Origin: Methylobacterium sp.
Lineage (GTDB): Bacteria > Pseudomonadota > Alphaproteobacteria > Rhizobiales > Beijerinckiaceae
Direction of reading: 5' to 3'
Assembly (NCBI GenBank): GCA_020253445.1
Contig: JADCBP010000008.1
Location: 75,787-139,786, forward strand
DNA length: 64,000 nucleotides
Shown: positions 28,743 to 37,747 of the stretch, piece after piece
How the letters are laid out: each line of letters begins with the position of its first letter
How positions within the stretch are numbered: position 1 is the first letter of the stretch
The notes under the pieces: generated by a model
Seen by the model: the letters and a program-made list of their open reading frames with translations, nothing else
What the model was told of the DNA's origin: nothing
Databases searched by the model: none
Made by a program: the position numbers and the translations under genes

Positions 28743-29579
28743 TCAGCCGCGCATGGTTTCGCTCTGCCCGCCATCCACGGGCAGGGTGACACCGGTAATG
28801 AAGCGTGCCTCATCCGAGGCGAGGAACAGGGACGCGGCCGCGACATCATAGGCCGTGCCCATCTGCCCGGTCGGCACCGCGTTGTTGCGCTTCGCGATCA
28901 ATGTCTCGACATCGCCGAACACCCCCGCGATCTGTCGATGGACGAGAGGGGTGTCGATCAGGCCAGGCAGCACGGCATTCGCCCGGATGTTCTGACCGGC
29001 ATATTGCAGCGCGATCGCCTTGGTGGCCTGCACCACGGCGACCTTGGCCGCGGAATAGACAAAATAGGGATAGCCGGTCCAGCGAATGCCGGCGATCGAG
29101 GCAATGTTGACGAAAACGCCGCCGCCTTGTTCCAGAAATCGGGGAAGCAGCACCTTCGCGCTGCGCCAGACCGGACCGAGATTGAGATCGATGCCGCGCT
29201 GGAAGCTTTCCTCCGTGAGGTCTGTCGGCCCGCCGGGCACGACGACACCCACATTGTTGTGCGCAACGTCGATCCGCCCGAACCGCGCGATTGTCGCCTC
29301 CACCGCGCGATTGATCGCGTCGAGTTGCGTCACATCGGCGGCAAGCGCCAGCGCTTCACCCCCTTCGGCGCGGATGATCTCCGCCGTTTCCTCGGCGGCC
29401 GCCTCATGGATGTCGATACAGGCGATGCGCGCCCCCTCGCGCGCATACAGCACCGCCGCAGCCTTGCCATTGCCCCAGCCGGGACCGGAAGAGCCTGCGC
29501 CGAGGACGAGCACGACCTTGCCGGCCATGCGCGTGCCCGGATGGAAGGGCGGCATGGGGTTGCGGACTGCCTGGTTCAT
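28743..29579 (-). CDS. SDR family oxidoreductase
   Basis: From ATG 29579: GKVVLVLGAGSSGPGWGNGKA (Rossmann), NNVG, and the catalytic YSAAK in FVYSAAKVAVV. The track ORF extends further upstream without support. Confidence 0.85.
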   Translation of the reverse strand: MNQAVRNPMPPFHPGTRMAGKVVLVLGAGSSGPGWGNGKAAAVLYAREGARIACIDIHEAAAEETAEIIRAEGGEALALAADVTQLDAINRAVEATIARFGRIDVAHNNVGVVVPGGPTDLTEESFQRGIDLNLGPVWRSAKVLLPRFLEQGGGVFVNIASIAGIRWTGYPYFVYSAAKVAVVQATKAIALQYAGQNIRANAVLPGLIDTPLVHRQIAGVFGDVETLIAKRNNAVPTGQMGTAYDVAAASLFLASDEARFITGVTLPVDGGQSETMRG

Positions 29580-29760
29580 GTCATCTCTCCCTCGTGGCAG
29601 AGGCGAAGCCGGTCGATGGACTTCCTCGCACATGGTCCATGATGTAGACCATTTTTTCCGGAACGCGGATTGTTTTGATGAAAAATCTCCAATAATCACG
29701 GAATTCCATGCGTTTCCTGCGAATTTCAATTCTATATCGTGGACTGATGGATCAAGGCTC

Positions 29761-30594
29761 ATGACCGGTTCCGCGTCTGTCGAGCGGCTTGGCGCCCAAA
29801 GCCCGGTCAGGACCCTGCGCCTGCTGCGGCAGCTGGGGGAAGCCGGCGCGCGCGGCGCCTCGCTCGGCGCTCTGGTGCGCGCCTCGGGGCTCGTGAAACC
29901 CACCTGCCGCCGGATGTTGATCGCGCTGATGCAGGAAGGAATGGTGGTGCAGGACCCTGCCACCCGCACCTACTTCCTGGGCCGCGAGATCTACCTGCTC
30001 GGCATGCTCGCGGCGGAGCGTTACGGCATTCATCGCGTGGCGCTCGATAGCGTCGCAAGGCTCGCGCAGGAAACAGGCGATGCCGCCTTCCTCCAGGTGA
30101 GACACGGGCAGGAAGTGGTTTGCCTCACGCGCGAGGATGGCGGTTATCCCCTCCGCTCGCATGTGCTGAAGGCGGGAGATCGCCACCTTCTCGGCGCGGG
30201 TGCCGGGCCGCTCGCCATTCTCGGCGCGATGCCGGAGGCGGAGGCGGAGGCCTATCTCGCGGCCTGTCATTCTGCTCTGGCGCAGCGTTATCCCATGCTC
30301 TGGCCCCTTCTGCCGGATCTCGTGAAGGAAAGCCGCGCGCGGGGCTACAGCCTCAATCGCGGTGTTCTCTTCCCCGGTTCCTGGGGCATGGGCATGGCCA
30401 TCCGCGAGCCTTCCGGCCAGGTGGTCGCGTGCCTTTCCCTCGCTGCGGTCGAGAGCCGAATGCAGCCTGATCGCGAGCCTGAGCTTGTCGCCCTTCTTGC
30501 CCGGGAAGTTGAGCTCGTGGAGCAGCGCCTGGCGGGTGATGCCATGCCGCAACCTCAAATCGCCCCTGCCGCGCTCAAAAGGACCCAGCCATGA
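29761..30594 (+). CDS. IclR family transcriptional regulator
   Basis: From ATG 29761. It has a winged HTH (LGALVRASGLVKPTCRRMLIALMQEGMV) and an IclR effector domain (GAGPLAILGAMPEAE.., GYSLN..). Its stop overlaps the next start (ATGA). Confidence 0.85.
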   Translation: MTGSASVERLGAQSPVRTLRLLRQLGEAGARGASLGALVRASGLVKPTCRRMLIALMQEGMVVQDPATRTYFLGREIYLLGMLAAERYGIHRVALDSVARLAQETGDAAFLQVRHGQEVVCLTREDGGYPLRSHVLKAGDRHLLGAGAGPLAILGAMPEAEAEAYLAACHSALAQRYPMLWPLLPDLVKESRARGYSLNRGVLFPGSWGMGMAIREPSGQVVACLSLAAVESRMQPDREPELVALLAREVELVEQRLAGDAMPQPQIAPAALKRTQP

Positions 30595-31775
30595 CCGAGA
30601 CCTTCCGCCGGAACGCCGCCATTGTTGGCTGGTGCCATTCGCCCTTCGGCAAGCTCGACATCCCCGATATCGAGGGGCTGATCGGCGCAGTGGCCGAGGG
30701 CGCGTTGGATGATGCGGGCGTGAGCGCCGCCGAGATCGATTTCGTGACCGTGGGCGTGCTGAATTGCGGTTTCTCGAAGCAGGGCTTCGAGGCGGGCCTC
30801 GTCAGCGTCGCGATGCCGGCACTCGCCCATACCCGGGCCATGCATGTCGAGAATGCCTGCGCGACCGGCTCGGCGGCCATCCATGCCGCGATGGATTTCA
30901 TCGAAAGCGGGCGCGGCCGGATCGCGCTCGTGATCGGTGCCGAGAAAATGACCGCGACGCCCGCCGCCGAAGTGGGGGATATTCTTCTTTCGGGCAGCTA
31001 TCGCAAGGAAGAGGACCGGGTCGAGGCCGGGTTTGCAGGCATTTTCGGGCAGATCGCCAGCAGCTATTTCCAGCGCCACGGGGATCGGTCCGAGGAACTG
31101 GCGATGATCGCGGCCAAGAACCACGTTCACGGCCTCGCGAACCCCTATGCCCATATGCGCAAGGATTTCGGCTTCGCCTTCTGCAACACGGTCTCGGAGA
31201 AGAATCCGCGTGTCGCCGGCCCGCTCCGCCGCACGGATTGTTCGCTGGTTTCGGATGGAGCGGCCGCCCTCGTTCTGGCCGATGCGGAAGTCGCGGCCAC
31301 ATTGCGCCGCGCCGTCACGTTCCGGGCGCGCGAGCATGTGAATGATTTCATGCCGCTCTCGCGCCGCGACATGATTGCCTTCGAGGGCGCGCGCCGGGCC
31401 TGGAGCCAGGCGAAGGAGCGCGCGGGCATCACCCTCGACGATCTCGATCTCGTCGAGACGCATGATTGCTTCACCATGGCCGAGATGATCGAATACGAGG
31501 CGATGGGCCTCGCCAGGCCCGGCGAGGGCTGGAAGGTGGTGCGCGAGGGTGTGACAAGCCGGGGCGGTCGCCTGCCGGTCAACCTGTCGGGCGGACTCAA
31601 GTCGCGCGGGCATCCCATTGGCGCCACCGGGGTTTCCCAGCACGTGATGGCCGCGATGCAGCTTTGCGGCGAGGCCGGCGAGATGCAGTTGCCCGGCGCG
31701 GGCCTCGCGGGCGTGTTCAACATGGGTGGCGCGGCCGTCGCCAATTATGTGTCGATCCTGGAGCGCCTGAAATGA
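30591..31775 (+). CDS. thiolase-like (SCP-x/lipid-transfer type) protein
   Basis: 394 aa with VENACATGSAAIHAA (nucleophile Cys), ETHDCFT and GGLKSRGHPIGATG. There is no classical C-terminal CxG. Confidence 0.8.
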   Translation: MTETFRRNAAIVGWCHSPFGKLDIPDIEGLIGAVAEGALDDAGVSAAEIDFVTVGVLNCGFSKQGFEAGLVSVAMPALAHTRAMHVENACATGSAAIHAAMDFIESGRGRIALVIGAEKMTATPAAEVGDILLSGSYRKEEDRVEAGFAGIFGQIASSYFQRHGDRSEELAMIAAKNHVHGLANPYAHMRKDFGFAFCNTVSEKNPRVAGPLRRTDCSLVSDGAAALVLADAEVAATLRRAVTFRAREHVNDFMPLSRRDMIAFEGARRAWSQAKERAGITLDDLDLVETHDCFTMAEMIEYEAMGLARPGEGWKVVREGVTSRGGRLPVNLSGGLKSRGHPIGATGVSQHVMAAMQLCGEAGEMQLPGAGLAGVFNMGGAAVANYVSILERLK

Positions 31776-33400
31776 CCGCCCACCATCCCGAGGGCGGGCT
31801 TGCCCGCTGTTCGAACCGGGTGATGAACCTCGCCCATGTGCTGCGGCAGAATGCGAGGCGCTTTGCCGATCGGCATGGCCTTGTCTGGGGCGAGAGGAGC
31901 TGGACATGGCTGGAGGTGGAGCGCGAGGTGAACGCGCTGGCCGCCGCGCTGCAGGCCCGTGGCCTCGGCAAGGGCGACCGGCTGATCGTGCATTCGAAGA
32001 ACACCGCGCAGATGTTCTTCTCGCTTTTCGCGGCCTTCAGGCTCGGCGCGGTCTGGGTGCCGACGAATTTCCGCCTGATGCCGGAGGAAGTGATCTATCT
32101 GGCGGAATTTTCCGGCGCGAAGGGCTTTCTCTGCCATGGGGATTACCCCGATCACGCGGCAAGCGTGGCACAGAATGTGCCGGGCGTGGAATTCATCTGG
32201 CGGCTTGACGAGCAGGCACGCGACACGCGTTTCGGGGAGGCGGATGTCTCCGGGCGCATGGCCGCCTTCCGGGGTCGAACCGTGCCGGATGCGCCCGTGG
32301 AGCATAATGATCCCTGCTGGTTCTTCTTCACCTCGGGCACCACGGGCCGCTCGAAGGCTGCGGTGCTGACGCATGGCCAGATGGCCTTCGTCCTCACCAA
32401 CCATCTCTGCGATCTGCTGCCGGGCGCGACGGAAGCGGATTCCTCGCTCGTGGTGGCGCCGCTGAGCCACGGGGCGGGGGTGCACCAGCTCAACATCGTA
32501 GCGCGCGGCGCGACGACGATCCTCCTGCCGACCGAGAAATTCGACATCGAGGAAGCCTGGCGGCTGGTGGAAAAACACCGCGTCACCAACCTGTTCACGG
32601 TGCCGACCATCCTGAAGATGCTGGTGGAGCACCCTTCGGTGGATCGCTTTGACCATTCCTCGCTGCGCTCGGTCATCTATGCCGGGGCGCCCATGTATCG
32701 GGAGGATCAGAAATTCGCGCTTGCGAAGCTCGGGCCGGTCATCACGCAGTATTTCGGCCTCGGCGAAGTCACGGGCAACATCACGGTGCTGCCGCCCGCC
32801 CTGCATGATCCCGAGGACCGCGCGAACACCAAGTTCGGCACCTGCGGTTTCGAACGCACGGGCATGCAGGTCTCGATCCAGAATGATGCCGGCGAGGAGC
32901 TGAAACCCTTTGAAACCGGCGAGATCTGCGTCATCGGTCCGGCCGTCTTCGCCGGCTACTACAACAACCCCGAAGCCAATGCGAAAGCCTTCCGCGATGG
33001 CTGGTTCCGCACGGGCGATCTCGGCCACATGGATGAGCAGGGCTTCGTCTACATCACGGGCCGCGCCTCCGACATGTATATCTCCGGCGGCTCGAACATC
33101 TATCCGCGCGAGATCGAGGAGAAGATCCTGACCCATCCGGCGCTGGTCGAGGTGGCGGTTCTGGGCGTGCCGGACAAGCTCTGGGGGGAAGTGGGCGTTG
33201 CAGTCTGCGTGACGCGCGAGCCGGTGGAAGAAGCCGCGCTCGCCGAGTTCCTGAGTTCGAAAATCCCGCGCTACAAGCTGCCGAAGCGCTTCTTCTTCTG
33301 GGAGGCGCTGCCAAAATCCGGCTATGGCAAGGTGCCGAAGCGCCTGGTGAAGGACGAACTCGTCGCGCGTGGGCTGATCGATGGCGACGGGCTCGTCTGA
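31772..33400 (+). CDS. AMP-dependent acyl-CoA synthetase/ligase
   Basis: ATG 31772 overlaps the thiolase stop (ATGA). Motifs: FFFTSGTTGRSKAAVLTHG (A3), YGLGEV-like QYFGLGEVTG, TGDLGHMDEQGFVYITGRASDMYISGGSNIYPREIE, and GKVPKR at the C-terminus. Confidence 0.85.
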   Translation: MTAHHPEGGLARCSNRVMNLAHVLRQNARRFADRHGLVWGERSWTWLEVEREVNALAAALQARGLGKGDRLIVHSKNTAQMFFSLFAAFRLGAVWVPTNFRLMPEEVIYLAEFSGAKGFLCHGDYPDHAASVAQNVPGVEFIWRLDEQARDTRFGEADVSGRMAAFRGRTVPDAPVEHNDPCWFFFTSGTTGRSKAAVLTHGQMAFVLTNHLCDLLPGATEADSSLVVAPLSHGAGVHQLNIVARGATTILLPTEKFDIEEAWRLVEKHRVTNLFTVPTILKMLVEHPSVDRFDHSSLRSVIYAGAPMYREDQKFALAKLGPVITQYFGLGEVTGNITVLPPALHDPEDRANTKFGTCGFERTGMQVSIQNDAGEELKPFETGEICVIGPAVFAGYYNNPEANAKAFRDGWFRTGDLGHMDEQGFVYITGRASDMYISGGSNIYPREIEEKILTHPALVEVAVLGVPDKLWGEVGVAVCVTREPVEEAALAEFLSSKIPRYKLPKRFFFWEALPKSGYGKVPKRLVKDELVARGLIDGDGLV

Positions 33401-33401
33401 T

Positions 33402-34265
33402 ATGGCGCGCCCCTCCTTCATCCGGCAGCCCGGCCCGGCTCTGTCCCCGCGCGTGGTCGCGGTGGAAGGGCGCGGCCGCGCCTTTCCGATGCGGCTCGAG
33501 GCGGGCCTCTCTTTGCTGGAGGCCGTGCGGCAAGGCTTCGCCGCCGCCGGATTTGCCAGCGGAACGCTGAATTTCGGCCCGCTGGCGCTATCGCCCTTCG
33601 CCTATGTGATGCCGGCTCTGAGCCGCGACGGCCAGAACGCGGCCTTCTATTCGGAGACCTTCCGCCCCTCCGGCATCAGCCGGCTGGAATGCGGTGCGCT
33701 GACCTTCGGCCGGCGCGATGGCGGGCCCTTCTTCCATTGCCACGCAATCTGGCGCGAGGCCGATGGCAAGCGCTCTGGCGGGCATATCCTGCCGGATGAA
33801 ACCATGCTTGCGGAGGACGCGACCGCCTCGGCCGTCGGGATCGATGGCGCGCTCTTCGAGGCGAACCCTGATCCGGAAACGAACTTCAAGCTCTTCGGCC
33901 CCGTTTCCTCAGCGACAAGAACGACCGATGGCGCGCTCGCCTTCGCCCTGCGGCTGCGGCCCAACCAGTGTTTTCATGCGGCACTCGAAGGTTTCTGCCG
34001 CGAGCAGGGCCTTGCCCGCGCGGTGATCCATGGCGGGGTCGGCTCGCTGATCGGCTCCGCCTTCGAGGATGGGCGCGTGACCGAAGCCTTCGCGACGGAA
34101 GTGTGCATCACGCGCGGGCTTGTCGAACCGGACGCGGATGGCGTGTTGCGGGCGCGGATCGATGCCGCGCTGGTCGATCTCACCGGCGACCTTGCCGAGG
34201 GCCGCCTCAAGCGCGGCGCAAACCCCGTGCTGATGACCTTCGAGCTCATTCTCGCCGAGGCCTGA
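33402..34265 (+). CDS. tandem DUF296/PPC-domain protein (hypothetical)
   Basis: ATG 33402 is 1 nt after the ligase stop. The first half keeps FFHCHAIWREADGKRSGGHILPDE (H-x-H...GGH, as in PPC/DUF296). The second half is a degenerate copy (VIHGGVGSLIGSAFEDG...ARIDAALVDLTGDLAEGRL) lacking the His residues. Confidence 0.5.
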   Translation: MARPSFIRQPGPALSPRVVAVEGRGRAFPMRLEAGLSLLEAVRQGFAAAGFASGTLNFGPLALSPFAYVMPALSRDGQNAAFYSETFRPSGISRLECGALTFGRRDGGPFFHCHAIWREADGKRSGGHILPDETMLAEDATASAVGIDGALFEANPDPETNFKLFGPVSSATRTTDGALAFALRLRPNQCFHAALEGFCREQGLARAVIHGGVGSLIGSAFEDGRVTEAFATEVCITRGLVEPDADGVLRARIDAALVDLTGDLAEGRLKRGANPVLMTFELILAEA

Positions 34266-34486
34266 ACCGGCCAAGCCCTGGCGGGCGCAACGCCGGCTGG
34301 CTCTGGCTCTCCCGCGATCCGCCGAAGATGCCCGACGATCGCTTCGGCCAGCATGCGGGAGAGGGCGGGGTTCATCATCACCGGAAGCCCCCGGAAAGCG
34401 CTTGCTTGTCAATTTTATACAATCTACGAAATATTCACATTCAATGCCTGCTTGGCCTCCGGGTGGCAGGAGAAGGAAAGCAAGCC

Positions 34487-35437
34487 ATGTCCCAAGCCAT
34501 GTCCAAAGACGTCTTTTCCGGCGTGATGCCGGCCCTCATGACCCCCTGCAAGCCGGACCGGACACCGGATTTCGATGCGCTCGTGCGCATGGGGCAGCAC
34601 CTTGCGGGGCAGGGCATGTCCGGCGTGATCTATGCCGGCTCGATGGGTGATTGGCCGTTGCTCACCGACGAGCAGCGCATGGAGGGCGTGGAGCGTCTGG
34701 TGAAGGCCGGCATCAAGGTGATCGTCGGCACGGGCGCGCAGAACCCGATGCGCGCGGCAGCGCTCGCGGCGCATGCGAAGAAGGTGGGTGCGGCAGGGCT
34801 GATGGTCATCCCGCGCGTGCTCTCGCGCGGCACCTCGCCGGCTGCGCAATTCGCGCATTTCTCGGGCATTCTCGAAGCGGCGGCGGACCTGCCCTCGGTC
34901 ATCTACAACAGCCCGTATTATGGTTTCGAGACCAAGGCCGATCTCTTCTTCGCCCTGCATGAGCGCTATCCGCATCTCGTGGGATTCAAGGAATTCGGCA
35001 GCGCCAGGGCGATGTCCTACGCGGCCGAGCATATCGTGAACCGCTCCGAGAAACTCACGCTCATGGTTGGCGTCGATACCGAGGTCTTCCATGGCTATGT
35101 GAATTGTGGCGCGACCGGCGCGATCACCGGTGTCGGCAATGCGTTGCCGAAGGAGGTTCTGCACCTCGCGCGGCTCTGCGAGGCGGCGCAGAAGGGCGAT
35201 CCGGTCGCGCGGCGGCAGGCGCAAGAGCTGGAAGGCGCGCTGAAAGTGCTCTCGACCTTCGATGAGGGGGCGGATCTGGTGCTCTTCTACAAGCACCTGA
35301 TGGTGCTGGAAGGGCACCCGGAATATGCGCTGCATTTCAACCCGACGGATGCGCTCTCGCCCAGCCAGAAGGGCTTCCTCGAGGCGCAGCACAAGCTCTT
35401 CAAGGCATGGTACGCCGCCTGGAGCAGGCAGGGCTGA
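34487..35437 (+). CDS. dihydrodipicolinate synthase/N-acetylneuraminate lyase family protein (class I aldolase/dehydratase)
   Basis: ATG 34487 follows GGAGAAGGAAAG. Sequence: GVMPALMTPC, GVIYAGSMGDWPLLTDEQR, VIVGTGA, NSPYYG, GFKEFG (Schiff-base Lys). Confidence 0.85.
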   Translation: MSQAMSKDVFSGVMPALMTPCKPDRTPDFDALVRMGQHLAGQGMSGVIYAGSMGDWPLLTDEQRMEGVERLVKAGIKVIVGTGAQNPMRAAALAAHAKKVGAAGLMVIPRVLSRGTSPAAQFAHFSGILEAAADLPSVIYNSPYYGFETKADLFFALHERYPHLVGFKEFGSARAMSYAAEHIVNRSEKLTLMVGVDTEVFHGYVNCGATGAITGVGNALPKEVLHLARLCEAAQKGDPVARRQAQELEGALKVLSTFDEGADLVLFYKHLMVLEGHPEYALHFNPTDALSPSQKGFLEAQHKLFKAWYAAWSRQG

Positions 35438-35571
35438 TCTCGCGAAGGCCAGCCTGTGCTGCTCCCCCTTGCGGCCGGAAGCAGCAGACCCACATCCTTG
35501 GGCGACGGCTTTTCGAGCCGGCGCCCCGCCCCGTTGCAATGACGCCGGGCTGCTTGTCGCAGGAGCATGGC

Positions 35572-36042
35572 ATGCGCAAACTGGTGAAGTTTCTCCACAC
35601 CGTTGCGGCTTGTGGCCTCGTGGGGGCGTTGACAGCCTACATCGTGGTGCTGGCCTTCGCGCCCCAGGCCACCCCGCAATCCTATGCCGAGATGCGCCAG
35701 ACGCTGAGCGCTCTGTCGAATTACATGCTCTTTCCGTCTCTGGGCGTGGGGCTCGTCTCCGGGATCGTGGCGATGATGGTGCACCGGCCGTTCCAGGATC
35801 CGCGCTGGGTATGGGCCAAGGCGCTCCTCGGGTTCAGCATGTTCGAGGGCACGCTCGCCATCGTCCAGGCCAGGGCGAATTCGGCGGCGGAGGAGGCACA
35901 GAGGATCGCGAGCGGCAGCGGCGATGCGCAGGCTCTGGCGGGCATCATCGCGAATGAATGGATGGCGCTGGGCGCCATCCTCGCGCTTTCTGCCGCGCAG
36001 ATCGGGCTTGGCGTCTGGCGACCACGCCTCGGAAGCCGCTGA
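35572..36042 (+). CDS. hypothetical 4-TM membrane protein (DUF2269-like)
   Basis: ATG 35572 follows AGGAG. 156 aa with four hydrophobic helices. The family call is tentative. Confidence 0.5.
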   Translation: MRKLVKFLHTVAACGLVGALTAYIVVLAFAPQATPQSYAEMRQTLSALSNYMLFPSLGVGLVSGIVAMMVHRPFQDPRWVWAKALLGFSMFEGTLAIVQARANSAAEEAQRIASGSGDAQALAGIIANEWMALGAILALSAAQIGLGVWRPRLGSR

Positions 36043-36075
36043 GCCGGCTGCCGCAGGTTTGATTGCGCTGTTCCC

Positions 36076-36528
36076 TCAGCCTTCGAGGGCGGAGATCATC
36101 GCCACGCGATCGGCATGGCGACCACCTTCGAATTCCGCCTCGAGGAACGCATCGACAATCGCCAGCGCAAGGCCTTCCCCCACCACGCGCGCGCCGAGCG
36201 AAAGCATGTTGGCATCGTTATGCTCGCGGATCATCCGGGCGGAATAGGGTTCGAGGCAGACGCCGCAGCGAATGCCCTTCACCTTGTTCGCGGCCATCAT
36301 GATGCCCTGGCCCGTGCCGCACAGGATGATGCCGAAGCGGCAATCCCCCGAGGCCACATGGCGCGCGGCGGCCTCGGCCTGGTGTGGGTAAGGCGTGCTT
36401 TCCGGCGTCACCGGCCCGATATCCACGGCAATCCAGCCCCTGGCCGCGATATGGGCGGCAATGGCCCGCCGGAGCGGGATCGCCGCGTGATCGCTGGAGA
36501 GGACAATGCGCTTCTGGGTCATGCGCAT
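36076..36528 (-). CDS. rpiB: ribose-5-phosphate isomerase B
   Basis: 150 aa with IVLSSDHAA, GIILCGTGQGIMMAANKVKGIRCGVC and REHNDANMLSLGARVVG. Confidence 0.85.
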   Translation of the reverse strand: MRMTQKRIVLSSDHAAIPLRRAIAAHIAARGWIAVDIGPVTPESTPYPHQAEAAARHVASGDCRFGIILCGTGQGIMMAANKVKGIRCGVCLEPYSARMIREHNDANMLSLGARVVGEGLALAIVDAFLEAEFEGGRHADRVAMISALEG

Positions 36529-36716
36529 CGGTTAGCGCCAGAAGGCGACGGATTCCAGACCTTTCTGTCGAATCCCCCGTGTTTCTGGACTGGGAAGTCG
36601 CCAGCCGGTGAAACAGACCGCGCTTCACCGGCTGACAGGATTGCCCTCGGCGGTTATTCCATGCAACGGGGCCTCGCGACCGGAATAGCCGGCGCGACCC
36701 GCGAAGGGAAAGTCGC

Positions 36717-37580
36717 ATGCCAGGACGGGACCAGGCCGTTCCGCGTTGTCTTGCCGCACTGGCGATGCTGCTGGCGGCACCCGTGGCAGCGCAGGATCGG
36801 CAGCCGGAGCGCGTGGTCTCTCTCAACCTGTGCACGGACCAGCTTCTGCTGGATCTCGCGCCGCGCGAGCGGATCGCCGGTTTGAGCCCCTTCGTCGCCG
36901 ATGCCGCGCAGTCCTTCCTTGCGGGGCGGGTGCAGGGGCTGCCGATCCTCTCCGGCACGGCGGAGGAAGTGATGGTGATCAGGCCTGATCTTGTGGTCTC
37001 CGGCACCTTCACGAAACGTGCGACGCGCGAATTCATCCGTCGGCAGGGCATCCCCATCGAGGAGTTTCCGCCTGCGCGCACGCTCGCGGAAACCCGCGCG
37101 CAGATCGCCCGCTTCGGCGAGATAGCGGGAGCGCGCGAGAAAGCCGCGATCCGCATTGGCGAGATCGACCTTGCGATCCGGGAATTGCGGGCGGCGGCAT
37201 CGCCTGGCAAGCTGCGCATTCTGCCGCTTGCCCGTCGCGGCTGGGTTTCCGGCGCGGATTCGCTGATCAGCGAGCTTCTGGCCGAAGCGGGCCTTGTGAA
37301 TGCCGCAGGCGAACTGGGCCTCGCGGCAGGTGGAATGGTCCGTCTCGAACAGGTGATCGCCTTGCGCCCGGATGCCATCCTCCTCGCGGGCGAGGATGAC
37401 CATCCCGAGGACCAGGGCCGCGCCATGCTGCTGCACCCGGCCCTTCAGGCCATGTTTCCGGCCGAGCGCCGTCTTGTCGTGCCGGAGCGTCTCACGGTCT
37501 GCGGCGGGCCGATGCTGGGCGAGGCCATGCGGAGCCTCGCGCGGCAGGTGAGCCGCCTCAAGCCGCGCGATGCGGATTGA
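36717..37580 (+). CDS. orphan periplasmic binding protein (BtuF/FhuD-type, PF01497-like)
   Basis: Signal peptide CLAALAMLLAAPVAAQD. Also VVSLNLCTDQLLLDLAP, PDLVVSG and LRPDAILLAG. No cognate permease or ATPase gene is adjacent. Confidence 0.7.
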   Translation: MPGRDQAVPRCLAALAMLLAAPVAAQDRQPERVVSLNLCTDQLLLDLAPRERIAGLSPFVADAAQSFLAGRVQGLPILSGTAEEVMVIRPDLVVSGTFTKRATREFIRRQGIPIEEFPPARTLAETRAQIARFGEIAGAREKAAIRIGEIDLAIRELRAAASPGKLRILPLARRGWVSGADSLISELLAEAGLVNAAGELGLAAGGMVRLEQVIALRPDAILLAGEDDHPEDQGRAMLLHPALQAMFPAERRLVVPERLTVCGGPMLGEAMRSLARQVSRLKPRDAD

Positions 37581-37747
37581 ACCCTCTCCGCTTTCCGTTC
37601 GGCCCACGCCCGAAGGCGGATGCCGCCACTTCCCTCGCTTGGATCGCGATCCGGGCCAGCCTGTCGAAGGAAGCTGACGCCAAGCTGCGCGCAGGGATCA
37701 AGGGCGGGCCGCCTCCCGGGGCAGATTCCGCGGGTCCACGAGTCTTC

